Source: a virus. From it: a stretch of 64,000 bases of DNA. Below the pieces are notes generated by a model, which was not told where the DNA came from, did no database searches, and saw only the letters and a list, made by a program, of their open reading frames with translations. The stretch's first letter is position 1. The number at the start of each line of letters is the position of its first letter. The position numbers and the translations under genes were made by a program. The stretch is taken from positions 1-64,000 of IMG/VR virus record IMGVR_UViG_3300019754_000001; one strand, written 5' to 3'. Shown piece by piece: positions 47,848 through 58,222 of this stretch.

Positions 47848-50800
47848 TTAACATTCTGTTTTATTCTTATTTGGTGTGTTATTGAATCCCTTAACATCTA
47901 TAACAGTAGTTGCAGAAGAAAAGGATAAATTAAAAGCATTTGGAACAGTAGTACTCTTAGGAGTGTTATCTATATTAACCAACTCAAAAGATGTAACAGA
48001 GTTGTTAAAGTAAGATACTTCTACATGTCCACCAGCTCCATCAGAGTGTACATCCTCTGGAAGATTATCATTATCAAATTCTTTATCTGTTTTGTACATC
48101 TTTGACTTTATTGTCTTGCTTTCTAAATCTGTTTTTATATTCTTAAATAAAAAGTCTTTATAAGTTCCTGAAGCATATTGATACCTTATTCCAGAAGCAG
48201 TAGTAGTATGCCCTGTGGGTATCCTACTTTCTCCTCTCTTAGTCCCTAGTTTATTTAAACCTAGTAACTTATCACTAGTGTTTATAGGAACTTTTCCAAG
48301 AGCTTCTTTGAATGCTTGTTTTTCTTCTTCTGTTGAATCTTCAGTGAGACTCATACCAGTACCTACTTTAGCCTGATTAAACAAGTGAATACCAGTAACA
48401 TTTCCGTCACCATCCTTATCCATGTATACTATTGAGGGTCTTCCTGATATATTGTCTGCAGCTATAATAGCATCTGATTTCTTTTTCTTATCTACAACTA
48501 TTAAATTAGATATAGTGTTTATGTGATTTTTAGCATTATTACCTTTTAAAATCTCATCCATTCCAGCCATTACTGCATCTAATGCTTTACCATCATTTAC
48601 TTCAGCTATACTATTTTTAATTATGAACCTTCTAACCTTCTCCCCATTTGGAGCTTTTAAGACTATGGCAGTCCTTCCCTTGAAGTCACTAAGGAATTGT
48701 GAGTCATCTCCAGTCTCATGTATCTCTCCATTTGAACCCATAATGCCTTTATCTGTGACTAAGGCTATGTCGAAAAACTTTGGTGTGGATTGTTCGTCTT
48801 TGAATACATCACTTAGTGGTTTCATTTCACCACTTTGACTAGTATTTAAATGGCCTGTACCTTTATCAACTACTTCTAACATTTTATTGATATATGTTCC
48901 ATCCTCTTCTGTTTCAGTATTAGCTAGTATTGTTCTTAGCTCTCTAACTCTCCCTTGCTGTTCTGCTAAATTATTCTCTTTATTGTCACCAACTGTTAAA
49001 TAATTAACTGCATCCAGTGTGGGTACATATCCAATGAGTTCTCTAACTTTCACTCCGTCAACATAGACTACCTTATATATAGCTATTGGCATATTATTAG
49101 ATATCCAAGCTTCTCCCTCCGTTCCTTTCTCTTTAGCTTTTTTCCTTGAGTAATTCTCCCAAGAGTCCTCTATAGTTTTTCTTTGCAACTCTCCCTCTTT
49201 ATTGCTCCAATCAAATAGTTTTCCTTTATATCCTACATCAGCAACAATCTCTAAAGTTTCTCCAACTTTTATTAAATGTTTACTTTCAGTTGGAACACCA
49301 TCCTTGCTGACGTCTATTAATGTAAGGTTATTAACATCCCAAACATGACTAGCTCTAGCGATTGCCATACCATCCATTCTTAAAACTGCTGGTTTACTTA
49401 ATTCACTTTTCTTTGGAGTAGTTACTTGATTAGCTAATTCTAAACTATCTCCTTCAAGTACTTCAGTATCCACATTAACTACTTCTAGCTCGTTACCTTT
49501 AGGCCTCAATTCATTTGCAGAAAAATCAACATCTGCTTTATTAGCTTCTGCTAAAGCATTAAAATAACTATTAACATGCTTAATTAGTCTATTTAGAGTT
49601 TCTAATTGGTTATCTTCGCTTTGTATTAAGCTATTAAATCCGGAAGCCTTTTCATATAATTCAACTATCTTATCAATAGCGTCTTTATGCCCCCTAACTA
49701 AATCTGATGAAGTAAATCCATTATCTTTTATAAATTTACCAATGCTATTAAACATATCTACTGAATCTAATATGTTAGAAGACTCTACAGTAGAAGACGA
49801 GTAAAGCTTTCCTCCATCAATATCTTTTAGAGTGGTTGATATACTATTATTAGTATCTGTCCTATTATCTATAAAATCAGTATAGGACATAGCATTAACA
49901 CCATATTTGCCAAGCTTCTCTTTTAAAAGGGTAGTAATCATATTGAACGGTACATCATTACCAGCTTTAGAGTCTGATAAAGCTTTAACTAAAGTCATTT
50001 GATCCATTACTGAGAGTATGTCAGCTAGTATGCCCTTTTGATCTTCAACTGGCATGCCATCCTTAAAGTCTAGTTGCTCTGAATCCTTTATAGAACTAGC
50101 TAAGTGCACAAAGTACTTAAATAGGTCTGAGTTTCTATCAATAGAATTAGGTATTATTTTACCATCCTTAAACTCACTTATCCACAGTAGTAAGTTACCA
50201 ACAGCTCCTTTAACCTGAACACTATTTCCATCAGCATCCTTTATAGTAGCTGTAAAGACACTCCCTCGAGTATCCATAGGATTAGCTCTAAATAAGTGTG
50301 TTATTATCTTATGTCTATTATTGTCTCCAGTAAGTTCTTGCAGTGCATCATCGTCAGATAAGTAAGTAGAACCGTCCCCATCATCTTGAAATCCATACAA
50401 CTGTATTATATCATCCAATGCCATTACAAACTTATCGTTTTCAATTACTCCATCTTTTTCTAATTTAGTCTTTATATCAACATCAGTAAGACCTACTTCA
50501 AATATCTTTGAAATACTTGTCTGTGATGCGTCCTTGCTTGCTATAAACTTTTCTAACCTAAGCTTATTAAATGACTCAGTGCCTTTATGTTTACCATCCT
50601 TATTTAAGTCTAAAGGCTTTGGGGGTGTAGGGATAACCTTTTTATCAATATTATCTTTCTTTTCTATTACTTTCTTCTTATTCTTAGCATCCTTTTCCTC
50701 ATTAGCTTTCTTTTGCTTTTCTACCTTACGTTTCTTTAAGTTAGCTAAATTCGTAAGTTCTGCTAATTGAGACCTAGCCATTTTTAATTTAGCATCTTTA

Positions 50801-53800
50801 AACTCTTTTCTCTCTAGTTCTGCCCTTTTCTTTAGAGATGCTTTTAGGGTTGAGGAGCCTTGATTAGAGGTAAAATACGCATACTGATTAAATGCATAAT
50901 CTTCAGCTACTTGTAATTGCTTTTGATATATTTTATCAGATGCTTTTTGTATTACATTATTTTTACCATTACTTATATTTCTTAAACTTCTTATATTTTC
51001 TTTTAACTCTCTTAATATCTCTGGTGGAAATTTATTATCAAACTCTATCTTATCAACATCATCTTCAATTTCATCAATTAAAGACTGTTCTATATCAAGT
51101 CTCTTTCGTTTTAAAACTTCCTCCAAGTACTCTATTGATTTCTCTGTACCTACCTTTTCTAACTTACTATGTTCTTTTTTCTCATATCCTGCCAATACCT
51201 TCTTTTGGTTGTCTAACTCTTTCTTAACATTGTCAATTGTAGTGTGTACATTTTTCTCACGTTGGCTTCCAAACCATATTGCTTTATTTATCTTTTCTTT
51301 TAAGTTACTTGGTATCTTTTTATTACTCTCTCTATTGTTTTTAAGACTGCTGTGAAAACTCAAGAGTTTATCATCAATCACTTGATTATACTCTCTATTA
51401 ACATCAACACCGTCAACTATCTTAGGTTCTTTCTTTTGTTTATATAACTCATCTATGTATTGTTGTTGAGTTTCTTCCGAAGCACTTAACAAAGTTTTTA
51501 AAGACTCAATAGCGTTATACATAACCCCCTTACTTTCTTTGGGTCTATTTTCCTTAGCCGCTTTATTAGAAAATTCAGAATCCATTCCTTCCAGCCCCTC
51601 TTTATATACTTCATCATATAATACTGAAGTAACATAATCGGTGGCTTCTTTAGTTAGGGGGTCACTATTAGTATCGTCATTCTCTATTTGCTTTTGCATC
51701 TTTTTATTTAGCTTGGCAAATCTTTTATTGTTTATCCATATATCAAGTATCTTCTCAGGATATTGGTATACTTCATCACTTGAACTATCAAATTTACTCT
51801 TTAATACTTCATACTGTTCTCTTGTAGCCTTAAGTTCACTTATAAACTCGTTATTGACTTCTTTAAAATCATCAAGATTTCCATCCGAATCCTTAGCTTG
51901 AGCATATCCTGCAGCCATTGCACTACTCTTCCCAGAATACTTAACAATGTTATCCTCTATTATTTTAGCTTGTTCCTCCATAGAGATAAGCATTTCACTT
52001 TGCTTCTCGCTCAATCCTCCGGCGGCTTCACCCTCCCCCTTTAACTTGTCAATGCTTTTAAGCACCTCATCAAGATCTTTTTTGTATTCTTCTCCAAGGT
52101 CGTTAGTGTTACTCATCTGATTAGCCTCCCCCAGTGTTTGCTCTATATTCTCACTAAAGCCTTGAGTGACGCTATTAAACTTTGTCATATCAAACAAGTC
52201 TTGTTTAACCTCATCTAAAGACCTACCATCTTTAGTCATTCCACCATTCTGAGCAGCTTCTGCCATGTCCTGGTAGCTTTTCTTTACAAAGTCTATATCT
52301 TTTATTATAGTGTTTCTATATTTTTCATAGTCTTCTTCAGCTTTTGTTCTAAGTCCCTTAGCTGTTCCAAATTTCCATTCCTTGACAGGCTTCTTTGTTA
52401 CAGTGCCATCTGCATTTTTAACTTCTTGATATATTATCCCATTCTCATCATACTTGTTTGTTCTATTTGGAGTTCCTCTCTCCCTCCCGGCCTTAAGAGC
52501 ACCTCCCATAAAGGCTCCCCAGAAGGCAGCTTCTAATCCTTCTTTAGAAGTAGAACCTTTAAACCAGGCGTCTAAGTATGTTAGGTTATCAATATCTGGA
52601 GAGTTACCTGTGAGTTTATTTACTTCCTTATCTACTTGTGCACTTCCAACCTCTGCAGCTCCCTCCAACATAGCTTCCTCAAAAGCTTCTGATAGCATTT
52701 CTTTAGGGTAGCTTCTAATACCTACCTCTTTATTTACTGCTTTCTTTAATTCTTTTCTTATTACATCATCAGATACTCCTGAAGCTTTTAACCTTTTAAC
52801 ATACTGCTCTGTTGTCTCTGTTGCTCCTTTAATTCCTTTATTCTTAAGCTTAAGTAGATTCTTTTGCTTTTTTAGTATGGATGAAGTTGTCATCCTTGTA
52901 GCAGTTAAAGGAACTAGGTTTGTAACCATTCCGAGGGCAGTTCCTAACATTACAGATGTATGGGCAGCCTGTGTAGCTATTTCTAATTTATCCTCCTCTG
53001 ATATACCTTCAACACCTGCCATCTTCTCAATAGCTGCATCATATACTTGAGCCCCTGTTCTACCAGCCTCTGCAGAACTTAAAACTGCTGCATTGGCTAC
53101 TTCTGATAACTTAGGTACAAACTTTATTGCATTATATCCTTTTATTGTTTTGCTTGATAATAGTGCGGCCTTATTAGCCATTTTAACTGATAGCTCTAGT
53201 CCTTTAGAAGTTCCAGCAGCTACCTTAGCAGCCCTGGATAGAGCCTTACCTGTAACAGATGCACCTCTAGCCATAGCACCTCCAACGCCTCCAGTAACAG
53301 CTTCAACAGCCATAAAAGCACCAACAGATGCTACTCCATCTGATATGTTATTAACCCAATAAGCATAGTCAGAAAAGTCAGACGTTCCAGGACTTTGTTG
53401 ATATACATCTCTTTTAAGACCGTTAATCATCTCTCCAAAAGCAGTTATATCATTAGTGTAAGGATTATCCACAGTATATCCAAATATACCTTCCTTTACT
53501 ATAGCTCCTAGTGTTCCAACATCTGTAACTATCTCTCCTACAAATCCAGGTAATGTATTAGTAATACCTCTCCATGTTTGCTCTGTCCAGTGCTGTTCTT
53601 GGGCTCTAAGACTGCCTAAATTATCTAAATCAGTATTCTTTACTAGGTCTAAATCTACATAGCTTTTAAACTCTTCTAAATTAACCTTTTCAGGGTCTAT
53701 ACTATTTATACTTATTCCACTAGAGGGTCTTAATTTAATTGTATCTTGTAGCTCTTCTATCTCAATCTCTCTAGCTGTTTTATTGTTTGGATTGCTTTTA

Positions 53801-53868
53801 GGTGCTTTCCTTATTCCTACTTTCTTATCAAATAGTGAATTAGTTTGTACTTTATCGTCTTCTTCCAT
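47848..53868 (-). CDS. Giant virion cargo/ejection protein
   Basis: 2006 aa; Gly/Ala-rich hydrophobic N-terminal region, long coiled coils; gene order typical of crAss-like phages. Confidence 0.8.
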   Translation of the reverse strand: MEEDDKVQTNSLFDKKVGIRKAPKSNPNNKTAREIEIEELQDTIKLRPSSGISINSIDPEKVNLEEFKSYVDLDLVKNTDLDNLGSLRAQEQHWTEQTWRGITNTLPGFVGEIVTDVGTLGAIVKEGIFGYTVDNPYTNDITAFGEMINGLKRDVYQQSPGTSDFSDYAYWVNNISDGVASVGAFMAVEAVTGGVGGAMARGASVTGKALSRAAKVAAGTSKGLELSVKMANKAALLSSKTIKGYNAIKFVPKLSEVANAAVLSSAEAGRTGAQVYDAAIEKMAGVEGISEEDKLEIATQAAHTSVMLGTALGMVTNLVPLTATRMTTSSILKKQKNLLKLKNKGIKGATETTEQYVKRLKASGVSDDVIRKELKKAVNKEVGIRSYPKEMLSEAFEEAMLEGAAEVGSAQVDKEVNKLTGNSPDIDNLTYLDAWFKGSTSKEGLEAAFWGAFMGGALKAGRERGTPNRTNKYDENGIIYQEVKNADGTVTKKPVKEWKFGTAKGLRTKAEEDYEKYRNTIIKDIDFVKKSYQDMAEAAQNGGMTKDGRSLDEVKQDLFDMTKFNSVTQGFSENIEQTLGEANQMSNTNDLGEEYKKDLDEVLKSIDKLKGEGEAAGGLSEKQSEMLISMEEQAKIIEDNIVKYSGKSSAMAAGYAQAKDSDGNLDDFKEVNNEFISELKATREQYEVLKSKFDSSSDEVYQYPEKILDIWINNKRFAKLNKKMQKQIENDDTNSDPLTKEATDYVTSVLYDEVYKEGLEGMDSEFSNKAAKENRPKESKGVMYNAIESLKTLLSASEETQQQYIDELYKQKKEPKIVDGVDVNREYNQVIDDKLLSFHSSLKNNRESNKKIPSNLKEKINKAIWFGSQREKNVHTTIDNVKKELDNQKKVLAGYEKKEHSKLEKVGTEKSIEYLEEVLKRKRLDIEQSLIDEIEDDVDKIEFDNKFPPEILRELKENIRSLRNISNGKNNVIQKASDKIYQKQLQVAEDYAFNQYAYFTSNQGSSTLKASLKKRAELERKEFKDAKLKMARSQLAELTNLANLKKRKVEKQKKANEEKDAKNKKKVIEKKDNIDKKVIPTPPKPLDLNKDGKHKGTESFNKLRLEKFIASKDASQTSISKIFEVGLTDVDIKTKLEKDGVIENDKFVMALDDIIQLYGFQDDGDGSTYLSDDDALQELTGDNNRHKIITHLFRANPMDTRGSVFTATIKDADGNSVQVKGAVGNLLLWISEFKDGKIIPNSIDRNSDLFKYFVHLASSIKDSEQLDFKDGMPVEDQKGILADILSVMDQMTLVKALSDSKAGNDVPFNMITTLLKEKLGKYGVNAMSYTDFIDNRTDTNNSISTTLKDIDGGKLYSSSTVESSNILDSVDMFNSIGKFIKDNGFTSSDLVRGHKDAIDKIVELYEKASGFNSLIQSEDNQLETLNRLIKHVNSYFNALAEANKADVDFSANELRPKGNELEVVNVDTEVLEGDSLELANQVTTPKKSELSKPAVLRMDGMAIARASHVWDVNNLTLIDVSKDGVPTESKHLIKVGETLEIVADVGYKGKLFDWSNKEGELQRKTIEDSWENYSRKKAKEKGTEGEAWISNNMPIAIYKVVYVDGVKVRELIGYVPTLDAVNYLTVGDNKENNLAEQQGRVRELRTILANTETEEDGTYINKMLEVVDKGTGHLNTSQSGEMKPLSDVFKDEQSTPKFFDIALVTDKGIMGSNGEIHETGDDSQFLSDFKGRTAIVLKAPNGEKVRRFIIKNSIAEVNDGKALDAVMAGMDEILKGNNAKNHINTISNLIVVDKKKKSDAIIAADNISGRPSIVYMDKDGDGNVTGIHLFNQAKVGTGMSLTEDSTEEEKQAFKEALGKVPINTSDKLLGLNKLGTKRGESRIPTGHTTTASGIRYQYASGTYKDFLFKNIKTDLESKTIKSKMYKTDKEFDNDNLPEDVHSDGAGGHVEVSYFNNSVTSFELVNIDNTPKSTTVPNAFNLSFSSATTVIDVKGFNNTPNKNKTEC
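51978..52025 (+). repeat. Bipartite element copy E (inside CDS)
   Basis: CCATAGAGATA-N20-GCTCAATCCTCCGGCG; both boxes (11 and 16 nt) identical to copy B. Confidence 0.88.
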
Positions 53869-56048
53869 TACTTTTTCAAGATATCAGCATACGAGTATAA
53901 AGCTACTGCAGCCATCATTTCAGTATCGTCTGTAAAAGATTTCTCTTGCCCATTCTCATCAAAGAATAAAGCTCTAATATCATTAGATTCTGGAGAATCA
54001 TCTGTTGGGTATTCTATATCAGCTACATACTTTCTACTATAGCTACCTGGTAGTTTTCTAAATGTCATACTAGCTTGTCCGGCTGGAACTTCTATTACAT
54101 CATTATCTTTACTAAAGTCACTTAAGAATGAATTAAGTTTAGTTGCATCAGTATCATATCCTGCATACGTTAGGGCTGCATTTGATCTTGTATTCATAGC
54201 CTTATCTTGGTCTGAACCTGACGTAAAAGATGTTTGATATTGACTTTTAGCTAATTGCTTACCTGAAGCTTTTGAATTATTAGTAGGTTTTTCTGTTATA
54301 ATTACTCCTTCTTTAGTTGTATGTCTTAAATAACTTTTACCATATTGAAACTCTGTACTTGTTGATTCTATTGGGTCTTCTTTTGTATTATGAATATTTC
54401 CATTAATGTCTGTTACACTACCTGAGTTATTCTTGGATTCAATAACTGCATCTTCAGTGTTCTTATAGATAGCACTTCCAGAAGCATTCCCTATAATACT
54501 TCCAGGTACTGAAGCCATAACTTCATCTGTAAAGTATTTAGTTTTAACATCACTCCAGTCAAATAAACCTCGAGCTAGATGTTCATATTTATCCGCAGTT
54601 CCAGTAGTGACTACTTGAGTTACTTCCTTTGTAAGGGGGTCTACTTTACTATCGCTTCTTTTCTTTGTTTGTCCTGCAGCATCCCTTGCAAAGTCTGGGT
54701 CAGTTAAAATGTTATACTCTATTTGATCAACACTCAAGTCAGAATTAGTTGCATTCTTATAATCATTAGCCATATCTGAACTGCTTACTTTTAATGTTTC
54801 TTGAAACTTATTTCTAAGTAGTTTTGTTACTTTACCCATCTCAAGTTCTGTAGCTAATGCATTATTTTGAGCATCCAACTTTTCTTCATCTGTTGCATCT
54901 GCTTTATTAGTTATAGCTATTGAAGCATCCCTCCTAGCAGTCAAGTCTTTAAAGTGTGTTTTAAATTCATCTGCTGTCTTTGGTGTTACTTTACCATTTG
55001 AGAAGGCTGCCATACCTTTAGGATTGGTACCTCCACCACCACCACCGTAGTTTGGATTAGCTTTCATTGTCCTATCTCTCTCTGTCATTCTAGTTTTAAA
55101 TGTAGAAGTTGCACCTGCCAGCATAGTACCAACTCTAGTATCCATCATACCAGCTAAATCTTTTTCACTGTTGATATTGAAAAATGCTTCTTGTTCTCTA
55201 TTCCATATAGCATCAACTCTAGCTTCTGCTTCTTCTTTTGTTATTTGGCCACTCTTTACGTAGGGTGTTAATTGCGTTATAGCGTCTCCCCTTATTTCAT
55301 TCTCCAGGGAAGCCATACTTTCAGGGTCTGCTATGAAGCTCTTCTTAACCCCATCTATTATCCTATCTCCTGTTCTTTGAACTACACCATTAGTATCGTG
55401 GTATACCCATTCACCTGTTGCAGGGTCTACATAAGATCTACCGACTTTTGAACCATCCTTTTCAACCATTCCAGCATATTTCATCATCCTCTCTTGTGGA
55501 TTTACATAGGTACCTACAGTACTTGCATTGTAAGGGTTATATCTATCTCCATTTTTAAATGAACCTTTACCTTCATACTCTCTATCAAAACCATGTAATA
55601 CGGCTGTAGCTGCATTCTTAGAATATCCCTTGGCGTCTAATGCTTTTATTACATTCTCTCTTTCAGCTTTGTTTTCACTAGTTTGTTTAAAGTCTCCACT
55701 CTTAAGTCTATCAACTCCAGTCTTTAATGCCATTATTTCTCTACTAACTGCTGATAGGTCTGTTTTCCAATCCTCTTTGTCTAGAGAAGCTAATTTAGTA
55801 GCTGTTTCAGATACTTTTTTATTTATAGCTTCTGTTTGACTTTTTACGTATTGGGCGTCTAGTGTATCAGAGCCGAATGTGCCCTCCTGTATGTACTCCC
55901 CTTGAAGGTCTGTAAGAGCTCCTAAAGACTGCTCTTGAGTTTTTAACTTATTGCCAGCGTCTGTGAGCTGTTTTTGCATGAACTCTAGTGGTAGAGGCAC
56001 ATACATTGAAGGAACCTTTGTGTCCCTACGTTGGTAATATCTTGCCAT
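53868..56048 (-). CDS. Virion cargo protein (726 aa)
   Basis: Position between the cargo-1-like gene and the giant proteins; no Cys seen. Confidence 0.7.
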   Translation of the reverse strand: MARYYQRRDTKVPSMYVPLPLEFMQKQLTDAGNKLKTQEQSLGALTDLQGEYIQEGTFGSDTLDAQYVKSQTEAINKKVSETATKLASLDKEDWKTDLSAVSREIMALKTGVDRLKSGDFKQTSENKAERENVIKALDAKGYSKNAATAVLHGFDREYEGKGSFKNGDRYNPYNASTVGTYVNPQERMMKYAGMVEKDGSKVGRSYVDPATGEWVYHDTNGVVQRTGDRIIDGVKKSFIADPESMASLENEIRGDAITQLTPYVKSGQITKEEAEARVDAIWNREQEAFFNINSEKDLAGMMDTRVGTMLAGATSTFKTRMTERDRTMKANPNYGGGGGGTNPKGMAAFSNGKVTPKTADEFKTHFKDLTARRDASIAITNKADATDEEKLDAQNNALATELEMGKVTKLLRNKFQETLKVSSSDMANDYKNATNSDLSVDQIEYNILTDPDFARDAAGQTKKRSDSKVDPLTKEVTQVVTTGTADKYEHLARGLFDWSDVKTKYFTDEVMASVPGSIIGNASGSAIYKNTEDAVIESKNNSGSVTDINGNIHNTKEDPIESTSTEFQYGKSYLRHTTKEGVIITEKPTNNSKASGKQLAKSQYQTSFTSGSDQDKAMNTRSNAALTYAGYDTDATKLNSFLSDFSKDNDVIEVPAGQASMTFRKLPGSYSRKYVADIEYPTDDSPESNDIRALFFDENGQEKSFTDDTEMMAAVALYSYADILKK

Positions 56049-56085
56049 TTTTAATGTATTTATAAAGTGTTATTGTGTGTTTACT

Positions 56086-56117
56086 CAAAGGTACGAATAA
56101 AAAATGAAAAATCCAAA
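56086..56117 (-). promoter_or_regulatory. Bacteroidota sigma-A-type promoter
   Basis: - strand TTTG-N20-TACCTTTG matches the TTTG/TAnnTTTG consensus, ~38 bp upstream of ATG 56048. Confidence 0.75.
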
Positions 56118-56205
56118 TATCTAAAACTTACAAAAAGTGTGAAAAATGGACTTTTTAGAAGCCCTGACGAATTTAAAATCAAAATAGGAGTATTCATATG
56201 AGAAC

Positions 56206-56250
56206 AAAAAAATGGGTTAAAAGTTGCATAAACAAACTTCTAACCCATCC
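56206..56250 (-). terminator. Rho-independent terminator after the 619-aa gene
   Basis: - strand ATGGGTTAGAAGTT/AACTTTTAACCCAT plus T-tract. Confidence 0.75.
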
Positions 56251-56278
56251 ATTATTAAATATTATTAAATACTATATG

Positions 56279-58138
56279 TTAACCTACTCTAATCACCTTT
56301 CCATTCTCATCAAACTTAAAACCATACTCTTCCATTTGTCGTGCTATATTAGCATCCCTCTCGGTGTATTGTTTATCTCTATTTAGGCTCATTAAATTTT
56401 CAGCCCTATTGCTTAATCCACCTTGAATCATGTTAGCAGCAACGTCTCTTTCCTTTTGATTAATATCTTCTTGATATCGCTGTTGATCTAAATTAGTCAT
56501 CATTGCTTTCTCTCTTTGACCTGCGTTAAACATACTAAACTGATTACCTATTTGTGCATTCTGTGTTGCGTATCTATTTTCAACTCCCGATATAGATTTA
56601 GCTCTTGAGCTTGCTAATCCTAATCTATTTGCTATATAGTTACCTATACCACTAGACTGCCCAGCAACTGCTCTTTCAGCAGATGAATATCCCATGTTTA
56701 CATCTTGTATTTCTCTTGTTGGGTCTAGATAAGAGGGGCTAGCTTGCATAGCATCTGCCCTATCGAATTCTTTTTCATCTTTAGTCAGTCCATGAATACC
56801 CCTAGCAATATCAAAATAATTACCCATGTTGGCCTGCCTCTTTAGCTTATTCCAAGGGTCGTTAAACTCTGTATACTGTTTTGAGTTTTTAACTCTATCT
56901 ACAAGTCCATCAGTAGAACTTCTATCTCCAGGGTCTCCTACATTACTGTTATATTCTTTAGAAACACCATCTTCGACTACACTCCGCCAATCCGTTTCTG
57001 TTCCATTAACCTTTGTATTATTTGTAGGAAGTCTAAGAACACCTCTTGAAGTCTCCTCTGGAGTTATTACATTTTGATAGGGTGCATTATATCCAAAAGG
57101 CATTTGAGTTGCTATATCTCCTGAGCCTGTTCCAGCTCCCCACCCTGGATTAGTAACATCTCCACTTATAGATTGACTAGTTGGGTTAGCAGTATTAGAC
57201 ACTAAACTATCATAATAGTCATAATATCCTTCATCGTTAGCTACTTTATTGTGACTCTTACCCCAATTGTCTCTACCATTAACCATCTTAGTTATCTTAG
57301 CGTCGTCATATCCTTTGCTAGATAGATAAGCATAGAAATCTTCATAAGAGGTTCCTTCCGGTAAACCTCCCCCATCTCTCATTTTTCTCTTTTCTTTGTT
57401 GAATTTCTGTTTAGTCTCTTTATTAATTGTTTCAACTTTACCATTTATTCTCTTTACTTCTTGACCAAGCTTTAAATATTCCATTAACTTGTCTTTAAGT
57501 TTTGAATCGTAGGGGTCTTTACTCCTTAGTCCATATTCTTTTTCTATCTTCTTTGTTGCAGCTGCTATAGTCATACCTTTATAAGGAATTAAAGACTTAT
57601 CCATGGATACTATCTCATCATCTACTAGGGTTGTATCACTATATACATATCTGTCTTTCATTGTTTCTCCACCCTCTACTTCAGCTACGCCTATATCAAT
57701 ACCTCCATTTTCATGACTAGCGCCTTCAAAAGAAGTTAACTCACCACCATCCCTAAAAGTAGGTTTAGTCATTTGAGCTCCTGCTACATTATTCATAGTT
57801 CTTGTATATGCTTCTTGCTTCTTGGCATTAAGCTCATCTTCTTTAGCTTTCTTCTCAGCGGCTATTCTGTCCTCATTAGACATTATTAGGGAGGCAGCTA
57901 AACCACCAACTACAGGAAAAGCACTAATAGCACTAACTCCTAATTTCATTCCAGTATCCATATTTTTATTTGCCATAATACTAGGTACCATACCAAAGCT
58001 TAAACCACCCATGGCACCCCCAGCCATTCCAGGGAGGGAACCTGCACCCCCACCTGCATTTTGGGGAGTGCCTGCGAACTGTTGCATGCTTTGTATATGT
58101 GTAGGGTCTAGGGCTGGCTTAGTTTCAAAAGGTCCCAT
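56279..58138 (-). CDS. Internal/cargo virion protein (crAss cargo-1-like)
   Basis: GASHENGGI...EVEGGET...YVYSD motif; two RDGG motifs; N-terminal hydrophobic Gly-rich segment. Confidence 0.75.
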   Translation of the reverse strand: MGPFETKPALDPTHIQSMQQFAGTPQNAGGGAGSLPGMAGGAMGGLSFGMVPSIMANKNMDTGMKLGVSAISAFPVVGGLAASLIMSNEDRIAAEKKAKEDELNAKKQEAYTRTMNNVAGAQMTKPTFRDGGELTSFEGASHENGGIDIGVAEVEGGETMKDRYVYSDTTLVDDEIVSMDKSLIPYKGMTIAAATKKIEKEYGLRSKDPYDSKLKDKLMEYLKLGQEVKRINGKVETINKETKQKFNKEKRKMRDGGGLPEGTSYEDFYAYLSSKGYDDAKITKMVNGRDNWGKSHNKVANDEGYYDYYDSLVSNTANPTSQSISGDVTNPGWGAGTGSGDIATQMPFGYNAPYQNVITPEETSRGVLRLPTNNTKVNGTETDWRSVVEDGVSKEYNSNVGDPGDRSSTDGLVDRVKNSKQYTEFNDPWNKLKRQANMGNYFDIARGIHGLTKDEKEFDRADAMQASPSYLDPTREIQDVNMGYSSAERAVAGQSSGIGNYIANRLGLASSRAKSISGVENRYATQNAQIGNQFSMFNAGQREKAMMTNLDQQRYQEDINQKERDVAANMIQGGLSNRAENLMSLNRDKQYTERDANIARQMEEYGFKFDENGKVIRVG

Positions 58139-58222
58139 ATTATTTCTTTTTAATTAATTTACGTGTTGTTGATTTAGGTTTACTAACTCCTTTCATTTTT
58201 CCCTTACTCTTACATTTTTTTT

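Noticed and set aside
2004-58157. Short antisense ORFs in the six-frame track (e.g. 10643-11209 -, 45461-46033 +)
   Set aside because: They are shadows of long genes on the opposite strand, with Ser/Leu/Phe-rich composition and no motifs.
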